From assembly GCA_004431415.1 (NCBI GenBank), contig QPMI01000127.1, forward strand, positions 62,001 through 126,000: a stretch of DNA of 64,000 nucleotides. Reading direction: 5' to 3'. Numbering within the stretch: position 1 is the first letter of the stretch; each line of letters starts with the position of its first letter. Positions 21,881 through 33,470 of the stretch are shown here, piece by piece. Under the pieces are notes generated by a model that saw nothing but the letters and a program-made list of their open reading frames with translations, did no database searches and had not been told where the DNA came from. This DNA is from Cyanophora paradoxa CCMP329 (Eukaryota > Plantae > Glaucophyta). The translations under genes and the position numbers were made by a program.

Positions 21881-22179
21881 CATGACGTCGGGTGCACGTA
21901 CGACGAGATCGCGGTGGACCCCATCGAGGGCTCCTACACCCTGATCCGGAAGCTTGAGCGGCTCCAAAAGTTCTGGGCATCCCTGACCGCCTCTTCCATT
22001 TACACCCTAAAAGATGGGGCGATCGTGCATACAGCCCCGTAGCTCTAGATCTAGCTAGTTACTTTGATGTCTGAGCGCCGGGATCTTCGAGTACGAGGAA
22101 GAGTTCGAGGAGGGGCCGGTCGAGGGCACGTGGTCGTTTTTCAACTGCCGCCTCCTCCGCAAGCTCGACGACACCGGGG

Positions 22180-22987
22180 GGCGGCGGCGGGGGCGGGCCG
22201 GGGGGCGGGGATGCTGGCGGCCCGCTGGACCCCGCGGACCCGGGGGCGCGCGAGGCGGCCCTCGCGCGCCTGGAGGAGCTGGACCGCAAGTACCGGCAGG
22301 GGTCCGCGCTGGGGGCGCTCGGGGCGGTGCTCCCGGAAGGGCGCGACCAGCTCTCGGACGACATGTCCGAGATGGAGGACCCCGAGGTGTTCCGGCGGAT
22401 CTTCGAGCGGCGGCGGGAGGTGCTGGAGGTGTACCGGGACCTGCTGGCGACGCGGGCGGTGGACCTCGCGCGGCCGCCGCCCCCGGACGGCGACGAGACG
22501 GCGCTCGACCGCATCAACGCGCACATGGAGCTGGTCTTCCAGCTGGCCCGGTACGCGATGGCGGTCAAGGGCGTGCGGGCCGCGTTCGAGCGGCCGGTCT
22601 CCCTGCGCGTCTACAGCAACGACATCTTCGCGGACCGGATGCAGTTCGCGCGGCCCGGGGAGGAGGACGAGAGCGCCATCGTGAAGATCATGAACCACAT
22701 CACGAACCACTGCGCCCTGCACCGGTACCGGCGCTGCCACGGCGCCGTCTTCCAGGAGAAGTTCGTCGACGGGGGCCACGGGACGCGCGCCTGGGAGCAC
22801 GTCTGCACGATCGACGAGCTGGTGGAGCGCGTGACGACGGCGAACAACCACTACCAGTACTTCAAGCTCCTCCACTCGCACGCCTCGGTGCGCGCCGCCG
22901 TGGTGGACAGCCTGAAGAAGTGCGTCTCGATCGAGTTCGAGGACCTGGTGCGGGACCGCCACATCTTCTCCTTCGACAACCGCGTCT
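22180..22987 (+). pseudogene. NCLDV D5-like (superfamily 3) primase-helicase, N-terminal piece 1
   Basis: YRR..G...TRAWEHVCTI...C.SIEFEDLVRDRHIFSFDN resembles the phycodnavirus D5 N-terminal region (from recall). Confidence 0.8.
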
Positions 22988-22989
22988 GG

Positions 22990-23915
22990 GCCGAAGCCAG
23001 CTGGACGAGCTGGTCGACGATGCCGCGCCCGATCTGGACCGCGATGTTGCGGCCGGCCGTGCACTGGAGCGCATTGCGCACGATCTCCGCGAGCGGCGGC
23101 GGCGGGGATCTGCTGCAAAACGATGCCGACCGGCCGCCCAGCGCCCCGCAAGCGGCGGCGCGGGCGGCGTCGACCGCAGCTGGCCGCGTGCACCGCCTAA
23201 TCTGCTCGGCCGCGTCCGGCGGCATGTTAAACGAGGTGACGAGAAAGTCGGCGGCGACGTCCGCTGCTTTCAGGACCGCCGTGTCGATGAGGGCCGCCCC
23301 GTACAGTTTCCGGGGCGTGGCGCATGGCGGCGGCGGCGGCGGCGCGGGCTGGCCCGGCGCGGGCGGCCCGCGGACGTCGTGGAACATGCAGGGGGTCCTC
23401 TCGGCGGCGAAGTCGATGGCCGACTTGGCTATGGCAGCGCACACCTGCCCGATGATGGGCACGGGGACGTCGGCCTTTGCCTTCCTGGCACAGTCGAAAA
23501 CCTTCTCGGCGAGGCCGTGCACGGTGAGACCGTCCGTTTTCTGGGACGAGAGCACCATGCTGAGTGAGATATCCGCCCTCGCGAAACCCTTCACGAACTC
23601 CTGCGTGAGAAGCCGAAGATCGTTTGCTGCCTTCTGGATGCAAACGAGTAACGACTTGCTGATGCGGGGACCCGGGGTGTCGCGGAGGGTGGAGAGGGTC
23701 AGCGCGCCGACAATAAACTCGATGGCCTCGAGCGTGACGCCCACAACAAGTGAGCTGCGGGCGCCCCAGGCCGCCACTGCCGATCTTATCTGGCCGCCTA
23801 AATACCTCTGCAGCGTCTTGACGGTGTCCGGGTCGGTATGGGCGCTGGCCTTGGCGATGGCGAGCACAAAGACCACGAGCCGCGTGCCCGTTGTCTGCTC
23901 GAAAAGGTCCTCCAC
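22990..23915 (-). pseudogene. Hypothetical helical protein fragment
   Basis: Protein-like minus frame that breaks at the D5 junction. Confidence 0.45.
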
Positions 23916-24339
23916 GGCGGACCGTCTGCTCGGGGCGGCGGTCGAGGAGCCGGCCCAGCACCGTCAGCACGTTCCCCGACGTCTGCCTGCTGGGCTCCGA
24001 GGGGTCGTCGTTCCAGGGGTGCGACACCTGCACCGTGACCGCCGGCTCGTCGTCCGCGAGGAGGGCGTCGAGCGCCTGCCCCGGCCTCTCGGTGAGCAGG
24101 CGCCCGCCCGGGCGAGCGGCCGCCAGCGCACGCACGTCGAAGAGGAGGGAGCAGGAAGCAGCGGGGCGGCGGTGCCGGCGGGCGCGCAGGGCGGCGGCGA
24201 GCGCCCCCAGGGGCCCCGAGAGGCCGCGCTCGAGGGCGTTCAGGTGGAACCTGCGCGGGCACGCTCAGGGAGGCGGGCGAGGGCAGGCCCGCCGGCCAGG
24301 CGGCCGCACCCCTCGATGATGAGCGAGAGGCTCCCGGGG

Positions 24340-25079
24340 TAGCTCCCCAGCAGCAGCTCCTCCAGCGCCGCGAAGACGAAGGTGCCCTCGGCGACGCTGT
24401 AGGGGGCGGGGACCATGGGGTACGCGGGGTAGGCGCGCCCGCGCTCGACGACGGTGTGGTAGTCGTGGTTGGCGAAGACCCGGACCTCGGCGGACCCCGG
24501 CGCCAGGGCGCGGGCGAGGGCGCGGGCCAGGCCGCCCGGCCCGCCGCCGCCGCAGACGGCCGCCACGTCGAGGCAGGTGCCGGAGGGCGGCCCGTCGCGG
24601 TACTTGCACGGCCCCGACGCGATGCCGAGGGCGACCCGCTCGAACTGCACGAGGAGGGGCGCCGGCGCCGGCCGGCTGAGGGGCTCCAGCGCGGCGACGA
24701 AGTCCTCCGTGACCCGCGCCGAGGTGTCGAGGGTGATGTGGTACGAGAAGCACGGGCGCGGGTGCATGGACCGGATGATCCAGCCGCCGGTGATCCGCAG
24801 CGGGGCGCCCCCGGCGGCGGCGCGCTTCTTGGCGCAGGCGATTGCCGTGCTGATGGAGAACTCGCGCACGTCGAAGGCGAACCCCAGCTGCGGGCCGGTC
24901 AGCAATGGCACGCCAGCGCGGCGGGCGCGACGCACCCGCACGACGGGGGGCGGGGGGAGATAGATGCGGCCGTGGTGGGCGAATCCGGTGAGGCAGCCGT
25001 CGGCGTCGCGGAGGGCGCACGGGGGGGCGTACTCCACCACTCGAGGGGGCGGCCAGCCCTGCCGCCCCCGTGCCGCCAA
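24340..25079 (-). CDS. Hypothetical protein
   Basis: Open frame with GC-rich third positions; ends uncertain. Confidence 0.4.
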
Positions 25080-25461
25080 TGCTCGCCGAGGCCTCCTCCA
25101 CCCTCGGGGTGGTGCAGGGGGCGCTGCTCGAGCTGAGCCCCCTTGCCGAGCGCACCCGCCTTGGCGCCTGCTGGTTCTCCTACAACCTGCGCGAGGCCGG
25201 GGAGGTCTGCTGCGAGGAGCTGGAGGCCCTCATGGACCACGTGGAGGCCCTCGAGGGCGCCGCCCGCGCCGCGGGGCTAGGGCACGCCGCCCGGCTCCTA
25301 AGGCAGTACGGGCACGGCAAAAAAAAAAAGATGGACATGCCATGTGCATGCTCGTACGAGCGGCCTCGCAAGGCCTTGCGGCGTGCACAAAGCCCGTGCC
25401 GGTGTAGAGAAGAAGGCTTGCTTGTTTTTTGTGTGCTAGAATTCCAGCCTATATTTCTGGT

Positions 25462-25690
25462 ATGTCCGCGCCGGAGAGAGAGATATACCGGCCCCCATGG
25501 CGCAGGGCGCCGCCGCTGGGGATCCGGAAGTTCGCCCGCGGCCGCGGCCCGGCCTCCTTCATGGTCCTCTCCAACGGGGCCCTGCTGCTGGCGGCCGCGG
25601 AGGCCGCGCGGAGGGGAGGGGCGCGGTTCGCGGTCCACGCCGCCGTCTACGCGTCGGCGGCCCTCGCCAGCGTGCGGTACCACCGTCTTC
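25462..25690 (+). pseudogene. TMEM8/DUF3522 (CREST-like) membrane protein N-terminal fragment
   Basis: VLSNGALLLA...AVYASAALASVRYH (SN and SxxxH motifs). Confidence 0.5.
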
Positions 25691-25719
25691 CGCCACGTCG
25701 TGCGGGCGGTCTCCTCGCA

Positions 25720-26080
25720 CCTCGGGCCTGCTCCACGCGATCTTCGACCGCCTGGAGGTGCAGGAGCGCGCGCGGGCCAGGCGCGTCTGCCGGCGCTTCT
25801 GCACGATCGGGGCGGCCGCCGGCAGCACGCGGATGGCCGTGGAGGCGGTGCTGGCAGAGCCGCCGGCGGACGCTCAACCGCACCCGGCGCTCCCGAGGCT
25901 CGCCCTCTACGAATCGAACCCCCAGCGCGCGTCGTTCGCCGTGCTCGCGGACGTCCTGGCCAGGCCCATCTGCGCGAAGATCGAGAGCCTCTCCATCGTG
26001 CTGTCGGCGGACGGCACCAGCCCGACCCTGTGGAGCGGGTTTCGGGACTCGAGGCACCTGCCGCCGTCGCACCTGCACCG
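25720..26080 (+). pseudogene. F-box fragment
   Basis: LLHAIFDRLEVQERARARRVCRRF. Confidence 0.6.
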
Positions 26081-26414
26081 TCGTACCCGTCCTGCAGGAG
26101 CCGCCTGTGCTCGGCGCGCAGTTCGCGCTGGTCTCGGTTGCGGGCGCGCTCGACGGGGCCCGCCCGAGCCGCCTCCCCCAGCAGGAACATGAGGCGCTGG
26201 ACGGCGCTCCCCGCGGGGGCGGGGAGGACAAAGTCGGTGTCCAGCTCGGGCTCGTGCTCCGGAAGGGTGCGGCGGACCGGCCTCGCCAGCTCCTGCTCCA
26301 GGCGGTCGGCGTCGTAGGCCGTCATGACCAGCCACTCGAATGGGGCCTCGGTCTCAATGATGTGCTGAATGGTACGCAACCGGACGTTAGAGAGGTGCTA
26401 AAGCCGCCTGGAGT

Positions 26415-26885
26415 GCTAATGGCCCACCCGCCGCCGCCATAGACCGGGACCTTTGCATCACCGTAGTTTTTGCCCCCGCCCCCGACAATGATGGTGTACG
26501 CTGCCCCCGGGACCACTGCCAGCACGCCGGTCACGAAACCCCCGCCGCCGCCCGGCGGGAATGAGGGGGCATAGCTACATCCCCCGCCCCCGGCGCCCCA
26601 CATCTTGACGGTCACGCTGGTGACCCCCTCCGGAACCGTCCAGACCTGGTCAGCCCCTGTGAACCCGAAGATGACCTTCTCCATTCTGGCACTGGCGCTG
26701 GCCCCCCGAAAGTAAGACATGAGCATGGTGGAGCGCGAGGTCGGGATGTTTGGGCCGGCAACGGACGAGGCAATGTAGGACCCCCCCTTGAAGAGCTGCG
26801 AGAGGTAGACGGGCCCCGTGATGCCGAAGATCGCACGCAGATGGGCCGTTGAGACCGGGCCTGTCGCTGGGACGGACACCGACAT
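26415..26885 (-). pseudogene. Viral glycine-rich domain protein, N-terminal fragment
   Basis: FTGADQVWTVPEGVTSVTVKMWGAGGGG...GGGGGFVTGVLAVVPG..YTIIVGGGG. Confidence 0.8.
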
Positions 26886-26990
26886 GCATGCGTTTCGCTG
26901 TACACTGCACCTTTTATTATATTTTCAGCAGCAGGCTTTTTCAGCAGCAGGCTTTTTTTACAGCCCGCTCCGGTCCCGCCGCGGCGGTCC

Positions 26991-27258
26991 CTAGTACAGC
27001 ACCACGATCCGGCCCGGGTTCCCGCTATTCGGACCCGCGTCCGCGCCCCGCCCGGCGGGGGATGCGTAGTCCGAGTCCCCGGCCCCGCCCGGCGTGTTTC
27101 CGGATGCGGCGGCGGTTGAGCCGCCCGTCACTCGCGCCCCCCCGTGCCAACTGGAGCCGCCGCCGCCGCCGTAGAGACCGCCGCCGCCGCCGTAGTAGCC
27201 GCCGCCGCCGCCCGCGCCCGCATCCATGCTGACGTTACCGCCCTGGTACTGCAGTAGA
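26991..27258 (-). pseudogene. Glycine-rich domain protein, C-terminal fragment
   Basis: GGGGGYYGGGGG..GGGGGSSW...DSDY...GNPGRIVVLY*. Confidence 0.75.
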
Positions 27259-29074
27259 ATTGCGGGAAGGCGCAGTAGCGGTTGCCGTAGGTGGTCTGGA
27301 CCTTGGTCAGGGTGCGGGGGCACTTGCCGCTCTTGGGGACGGCGTACGCCCGCTTGGGGAGCTTCCGAATGTAGCCCATCCGGTAGGTGTCGGAGCGCTT
27401 GGTGCAGGTGATGCGACCGGCGGGGGTGCGGCGGAGACCATAGCCGGGCTTGCACGTGTAGAAGGCCCGCGGCGGGCCCTCTCGCAGCGCGAGGCCGTCC
27501 GCTCCGAGCAGCGTGCCGTCCAGGAGCGGTTCGCCTCGCTGGTCGGCGAGGCGGCCGAGTCGGCGGCCGAGGCCCTCGACGCCGAGGCGCGGGTGCCCCC
27601 CTGGTTTGGGCCCCGTTGCACCAGAGACAAAGACCCCTCCTGGCGGCACACTGTCATCCAAGCCCTTGTCAAAGGCTCCAAGCGCCGCCGGCGAGTGCGT
27701 GGTCCCAACATCTTCGCCGTCGCGCGCTCCGCCGGGCTGGTCACGGCCTGTGTGGGATCGCACTGGTTCTTCGAGATGTTCTCTACCAACCGCAGCCCCT
27801 GGTACGACCCCCCCGAGCACTGCGAGATCGACGACCCGTCCGACGTCATATCCGGTGTACCTGGAGCGCGATGTTGCCATGAGGCCCCTGTGGCTCACAA
27901 TTGCGCTCCAAGAGCTGGGGGCTCCGGGCCCCTGGGCCCGGCCGTCTGCGACGGCCCGGGCGGGCGTGGTGCCCGACGCCACCGTGCCCGATGGATGGGC
28001 GTCGCCCTGGGGAGGGGCGCTGGTGGTTGCAGGCTACCCCGGACCATCTCTCCGGCAGAGCGAGTTCATCATCCAAGCCATCTCGCTGGCAGGGGGGAGA
28101 CAGACGGTGGAGGTGAGGGCCGTGCCCCCGGACCCCCCCCTCGTCGAAGGATCGTCGGCATTCGTTGTCTCCGGGCTCGATGACGGGCGCGAGTATCCAA
28201 TCTACATCGAGCGGTCCGCGAGCGGCGCAAAATGCGTCGTCATCGGGCTCGCGTGGAGTCGCGATCGGGCGGCGCCGCCGGATGCACTACCCCTCCGACA
28301 TGCCGTCTAGCTATCCTGTGGCCGGCTGGGGGCCGGACTTTGGTTGATCTTTGATCCAGTGAACGGCCGTGAGGATCTCCCTGACCGTGAATCGGGGCTG
28401 GAAGTCTCCCACAATCGTTCCCTCTGACGGTAGGGTTCCCCCGTACTTCTGATGTATTTGCTTGCCCAGAACCTCCGCCTCCAGTTTCGAGTTGATCCAC
28501 CAGACGGCCCTCTGGATTTTTTCGGGCGGGAATTGGCCTTCGAACGCTGTTTCGATCGTTGGTAATGGGAGGTTCGAGATGACGACCGGGGGCGGGAACT
28601 TCTCAAGTATGTGGGCGCCCAAGACCTCGCACTCCCATTCGTTGCGAATCCACCGGATGGCCGCGCGGACCTGCTTGATGCTGAAAAGATCCCCGTAGTC
28701 TTCTTCAATCTTCGCCGTCGGGAAGATGACCTTCAGTTTCAGATCCGGGTACTTCAGCAGTATCTTCCTGCCCAGAAACTCCGGATGGATTCCCACGAGT
28801 GCCTTTGCAAACCGGAAGCTCTTTCGCATCATCGAGGCCCCCAGCATCTGGTTCGTCAACACCTCCTTCGGCTGCTCCTGGAACCTCGTCCAGCTCAAGA
28901 TCTACGCCCCCGAGCGGCCCCGCGGATTCGAGAGGGTGCGGACGTTGGGGGCCCACTTGTTCAGTTCGCTGATCCACTCCAGCCCGAGTTGCATGCACCA
29001 CGGGTGGTGGTGGGCGCCGGGGCCGGCGGTCTCGGGGAGGTTCCTGCAGGTGAGCCCCACCGCCGCCAGCTGGG

Positions 29075-29307
29075 GGCGTCTACGACACGCGCGACGACCG
29101 CTTCTACGCCTTCGCCGACGGGCCGGCGCCGGCCTCCTTCGTGGCGGCCAAGCACTTCCCCGAGTTCGCGGACCCGCCGGCGGCCGCGGCGGGCGGAGCG
29201 GGCGCCCCGCCGCCGCGCGAGCGCATGCACGACCTCTTCGAGCACTTCCCGAACCGCATGGGGAGCGTCGAGCAGGGCGAGTGGTTCTCGATCCCCACCG
29301 ACGCCTT
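29075..29307 (+). pseudogene. D5-like primase-helicase piece 2 (direct continuation of piece 1)
   Basis: GVYDTRDDRFYAF...AAKHF...WFSIPT; joins in frame to FSFDN at 22980. Confidence 0.7.
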
Positions 29308-29999
29308 CACGGATCCGCGGCCCCGGCGGCGGCGCCCCCGGCCCGATGCCGACGAGCCCCCTGCGAACCTCAGCGAGCAGGCCACGGAGCCCGCGCTCCA
29401 GCCGGCCCTGCCGGCCGAGGTAGAGCATGCATCTCTCGATCGCCATGTGCACTCTGGTGAGGTACCGGGACGGTGGCCCGGGCGACGGAGGTACCGGGGC
29501 TAGGGATGACGACGACGACGATGCCATCCATTCAAACATTTGCTTGATACAGAAGAGATTTCTACCGGCTCGGCGTGCGGGGCACCGAAACCTCGACGTA
29601 CGAGGGCGGCTCGTCCTCCGCCGCCGTCCCCCGCCGCTCCCAGTTCGCCGCACCGAGGCCGACCGACTCCACCGTGCCGTGCACGGGGAGGCGGGTGTAG
29701 AACCAGACCGGCCTGCGGCGTGACTCAGCGGCAGGCTACGGGCACGGGCGCACCGCGCGCACCACGTACCCCCCATTCGGCCGGACGGTCCGACCGGGCT
29801 GGTCGTATCGAAAATGGAGGCGGGGCACCATCTCGCCCAGCAGCGCAGGGCCGTGGCGGTGCGGTCGGTGCCTGTGCCGATACCGACGATGAAGCAAGCG
29901 GTGCGGAGACTAGATATCGCCGACTCGCCCGCATGCGCATGTACGCGGGCGCGCAGGAGCAGGAGGAGGAGTCCCCCACCGGCGAGGTCGTCGCCTCGG

Positions 30000-30210
30000 T
30001 CGGGTGGACCGCCCTGCACCGCAGCCTGTGCCCGCTCGCCACGCACGCCTACATGATCTCCCTGCGCGGGGCCCGGACCCTGCTCGAGATCCTCGAGCGG
30101 GACCGCCCCGTGAGCGCCCCCATCGACGTCTTCATGCGGGACGCGCTGCAGGCCGGCAGCGTCCGCGCGGTCTCGTGCTTCCCTCCCGTCGCCGAGCAGG
30201 GGATGATAAG
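30000..30210 (+). pseudogene. Glycosyltransferase family 25-like C-terminal fragment
   Basis: THAYMISLRGARTLL...PIDVFM. Confidence 0.65.
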
Positions 30211-30358
30211 GCAGTACCGACCCTGCACCTGGAATGGAACGCGACGGTGCGACTACTCGGAAACAACCTGGCGTCCGTTACGACTCCTGTAGCGTCCATT
30301 TCCGCCGAAGACCCCGACGTTTCATTGGTAGCGGTCGAGATTATGATAGACGCTCGCG

Positions 30359-30995
30359 GTGAATGTGAAGTGGGCGGAACTCTACGCGGCGGCCCTGGGC
30401 CGGGCGGGCATGCGGGAGAGCATGAGGCGCCCCCGCGTCTCCCTCAAGGACGTCCACCTGCTGCGGAAGAGCATCGGCCTGACGTACAAGCAGGTGAGCC
30501 AGTTCCAGAGCGAGAAGGACTGGGCGGCCGTGCGTGCGTACACACAGGAGTACCTCAAGCGGCAGGACGCGATGGACGCGACGGCGCTCGTCTTCCTCGA
30601 CGAGTTCTCGGTCGTGCTGAACGAGCACCCCCGGCGCGCGTGGGGCGTCAAGGGGCGCGAGGTGCGCCTGAAGTTCCCGAAGACCTCCAAGGCGCGCACC
30701 GACGTCGTGGCGGCGATCCGGTGGGTCCCGCGGCGGGCGGACGGGACCGAGGAGGCCGAGCCGGCGTACTTCGTCGCGATCTACCCCCCGCGGAAGGTCG
30801 GCGATCACCCGGACTACGGCGTCACGCTGCTCAGGCACAACCTGCCGCTCCTCCCGGGCCAGCGGCCCCCGGACCATCCCGAGGCGCTGGCGGAGAGGGA
30901 CTCCGAGGAGGGCCAGCCGTGGGAGGCCCCGACGCTGGAGATGCGCGCCCTCTTCCCCCAGATCCGGCGCGCCCTGCTCGACTTCCTGAGAGATC
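30359..30995 (+). mobile_element. IS630/Tc1-like transposase fragment
   Basis: LRKSIGLTYK...LVFLDE...RAWGVKG...VVAAI; only the first catalytic Asp is visible. Confidence 0.7.
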
Positions 30996-31013
30996 CAGGA
31001 GGCGCTCGCGGAG

Positions 31014-32030
31014 ATGTGCCCGGCGGCCGAGCGCACGGTCGTCCTCTGCACGGCGCCCTCGAAGGGCCACGCGGGCCACGTCAAGACCGGCGTGCACCCC
31101 GACATCTGCCCCGGCACTGGCTGCCCTCCCTACCAGGACAAGGAGAACCCGTGCGGTGAGTGCCTGCCCTCGGGCTCGGACGCCCCCCAGATCTGCCCGT
31201 CGACCGGCTGCCCCCCCGGAAAGGCCCGCAACGTCTGCCAGGAGTGCGACGCCAAGGGCTCCGAGAACCTCCTCACCGGCCGGTGCCTCGACGGTTGCCG
31301 CCGCGGCCTCGGGCGGGACGGGTGCGGGCGCTGCGTGCCTGACTGGCAGGGCGTCACCCCGACCCCCAGCTCGGACGGTTCGGACTGGTGCGCGGCCTGC
31401 GACGTGCCGCGGCTCCTGAACGAGGAGGAGAGCACAATGGTGTGCACGGAGTGCGGGAGCACGGTCAGCTGCCTGCTGCAGACCCCGGCGCAGTGCGCGT
31501 ACGGGTGGCAGCCATACAAGAAGTCCTCGGCGTTCGCGTACAAGAGGGCGAGCCACCTGCAGGAGCGCCTGAACCAGCTGCAGGCGCGCGAGAACTTCAA
31601 CGTCCCCGAAGAGGTGTACCAGCGGGTCTACGAGGAGTTCCGCAAGAACAGGAAGCTGGACCAGATCCGCCCCGACCTGATCCGCGCGACCCTCAAGAAG
31701 CTCAAGCTCTCCAAGCTCTACGAGCACGTCGGCATCATCTACAGCCGCCTGACGGGGACCCCGCCGCCGCGCCTGTCGAAGGAGCAGGAGGACCGCATCA
31801 AGCAGATGTTCTCGGACATCCAGGAGCCGTTCGAGCGGGCGTGCCCCTCCAAGCGAAAGAACTTCCTCTCCTACAGCTTCGTCCTGCACAAGATTTGCGA
31901 GCTCCTGGGCCTGGACGACTTCCTCCCCTACTTCCCCCTCCTCAAGTCGCGCGAGAAGCTCCACCAGCAGGACGGGATCTGGCGCCTCATCTGTGCCGAC
32001 CTCGGATGGGAGTTTATCAAGTCGGTGTAG
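31014..32030 (+). CDS. VLTF3: NCLDV late transcription factor VLTF3 (from ~31385) fused in frame to a Cys-rich fragment
   Basis: VCTECG...YKRASHLQERLNQLQARE...LKKLKLSKLYEH...RKNFLSYSFVLHKICELL...LLKSREKL..QD.IW..IC..LGWEF. Confidence 0.93.
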   Translation: MCPAAERTVVLCTAPSKGHAGHVKTGVHPDICPGTGCPPYQDKENPCGECLPSGSDAPQICPSTGCPPGKARNVCQECDAKGSENLLTGRCLDGCRRGLGRDGCGRCVPDWQGVTPTPSSDGSDWCAACDVPRLLNEEESTMVCTECGSTVSCLLQTPAQCAYGWQPYKKSSAFAYKRASHLQERLNQLQARENFNVPEEVYQRVYEEFRKNRKLDQIRPDLIRATLKKLKLSKLYEHVGIIYSRLTGTPPPRLSKEQEDRIKQMFSDIQEPFERACPSKRKNFLSYSFVLHKICELLGLDDFLPYFPLLKSREKLHQQDGIWRLICADLGWEFIKSV

Positions 32031-32258
32031 GCCCCCACAGTTTGTTTTCCACACCCACGGACAACCCAGGCTGTTGGGCAGAGTGTCGCCAGAGAGGTTT
32101 AGGGATCCCCCCCCCACCCCCCCCCCGGATTTCCTGTCTCCTGCTACAGGCACCAGGCAGCTAGTATCAATTGCGACGGCACGCAGTGGTGTGTTTTTTT
32201 GTACCGCAATTGACATGCATGAGCGCTAGTGTGCACAAGTCACCAGGGTGTCTTTCCG

Positions 32259-33470
32259 ATGGTGCAATTATTGGCCCCGATGGCGCGGTTTCTCGCCATC
32301 CCGACGATGGCCTACCCGGCCCAGCTGGACACGTTCGAGAAGCGGGGCTGGCTGTGGGTGGGGGACACAACATGGCCGAAGCCGGGGTGGCCAAGTGACA
32401 AAAACCGATCCCCCGTCACCATGACAGGGCTCTTCATGAACCGCCCCGGTGTACCAGAAGGCGAAGTGGCTGCCAGAAAGGGGAGCATCCTTGGCCGGTA
32501 CGAGGGCAACATGCACCTGGCCGATGTCATGAACACGCGCAGTAGGGGGCACCGCACGGTCACGCTGGCAAAAGAATGGATTGAAGACATACAGGAGCGG
32601 AGAGACATGAGCATTGTATGGAGCACGGGCCTATTCCCCGATGGAACGTACCAGCGCTGGCTCATCGACGGGAACGGCTACTGGGAAGGCCAGTGCCGGT
32701 ACGCCAACGGGACGCCGCCAACGGATTACCTCACGAATAAGGAGTACGCACACTGGATCAACCCCCCGGAGGGCGCAGTCAACGCGAGGTTCATGGATAA
32801 GTGGGATGGGGCCTACCTGGTCGCAACGAGCCCCATTCGAAACGGAGACGAGATTATCGTCAACTACGGTATGGGCCAAGATGGCCGTCAAAAACCGAGA
32901 CGGAAGGACCCCAAGGAAAACCCCAGGCCCGAGATTGGGGTGGAACCGAGTGTCGATCTGCACCTGGAACTGAGGCGGCGGCAATCACTCAACTCGTTTC
33001 AGTTCCCCAATGCCCGTCTGCGCGAGGACCACAGCCTGTGGGACACGAGAGCGGACATACTGCAGTCCCTCAATGACAGAGGGCCGCCAATGGATGAGGG
33101 CATTCGGATTATCCCGGGGCTTGGGCCGCCGAAAGATCCCAACGATCAGAGATCTACACGTCAGCCCCTTGTGTCCAATTGGGTTGCCCGCCAATTCGAC
33201 CCGTTGTTGGAACCCACATACATACTCAGCGCGAGACCTCCGAACGACTGGAACAGCGGTGAGGGCTTCTCTGTCTGGTTTCAGGGGGATCAAGTCCAAA
33301 AGTGGGTGAGATCGGACCCGGATAAGATTTCACAAGACAGGAACGTGACAGGGATTAAGATCTTCCATCCACAGCCTTCCGGCGCTTGGCTGGCAGCCCG
33401 TGGCCTTGGCCTCATCCGCCGTCGGCTCCCGACTGGCAACCACGTGCTCATGTCGAGGATGGCGAAGTAG
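32259..33470 (+). CDS. SET-domain protein
   Basis: GLF...GRYEG...RYAN...VNARF...LVATSPIRNGDEIIVNYG; intronless, lower GC. Confidence 0.75.
   Translation: MVQLLAPMARFLAIPTMAYPAQLDTFEKRGWLWVGDTTWPKPGWPSDKNRSPVTMTGLFMNRPGVPEGEVAARKGSILGRYEGNMHLADVMNTRSRGHRTVTLAKEWIEDIQERRDMSIVWSTGLFPDGTYQRWLIDGNGYWEGQCRYANGTPPTDYLTNKEYAHWINPPEGAVNARFMDKWDGAYLVATSPIRNGDEIIVNYGMGQDGRQKPRRKDPKENPRPEIGVEPSVDLHLELRRRQSLNSFQFPNARLREDHSLWDTRADILQSLNDRGPPMDEGIRIIPGLGPPKDPNDQRSTRQPLVSNWVARQFDPLLEPTYILSARPPNDWNSGEGFSVWFQGDQVQKWVRSDPDKISQDRNVTGIKIFHPQPSGAWLAARGLGLIRRRLPTGNHVLMSRMAK

Noticed and set aside
22327-24342. 671 aa ORF as a single protein
   Set aside because: Only the first ~220 aa are D5-like; the rest is antisense of other fragments.
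22988-29075. Polinton/Maverick insertion suggested by the 6 bp duplication
   Set aside because: No terminal inverted repeats, integrase, pPolB or capsid genes.
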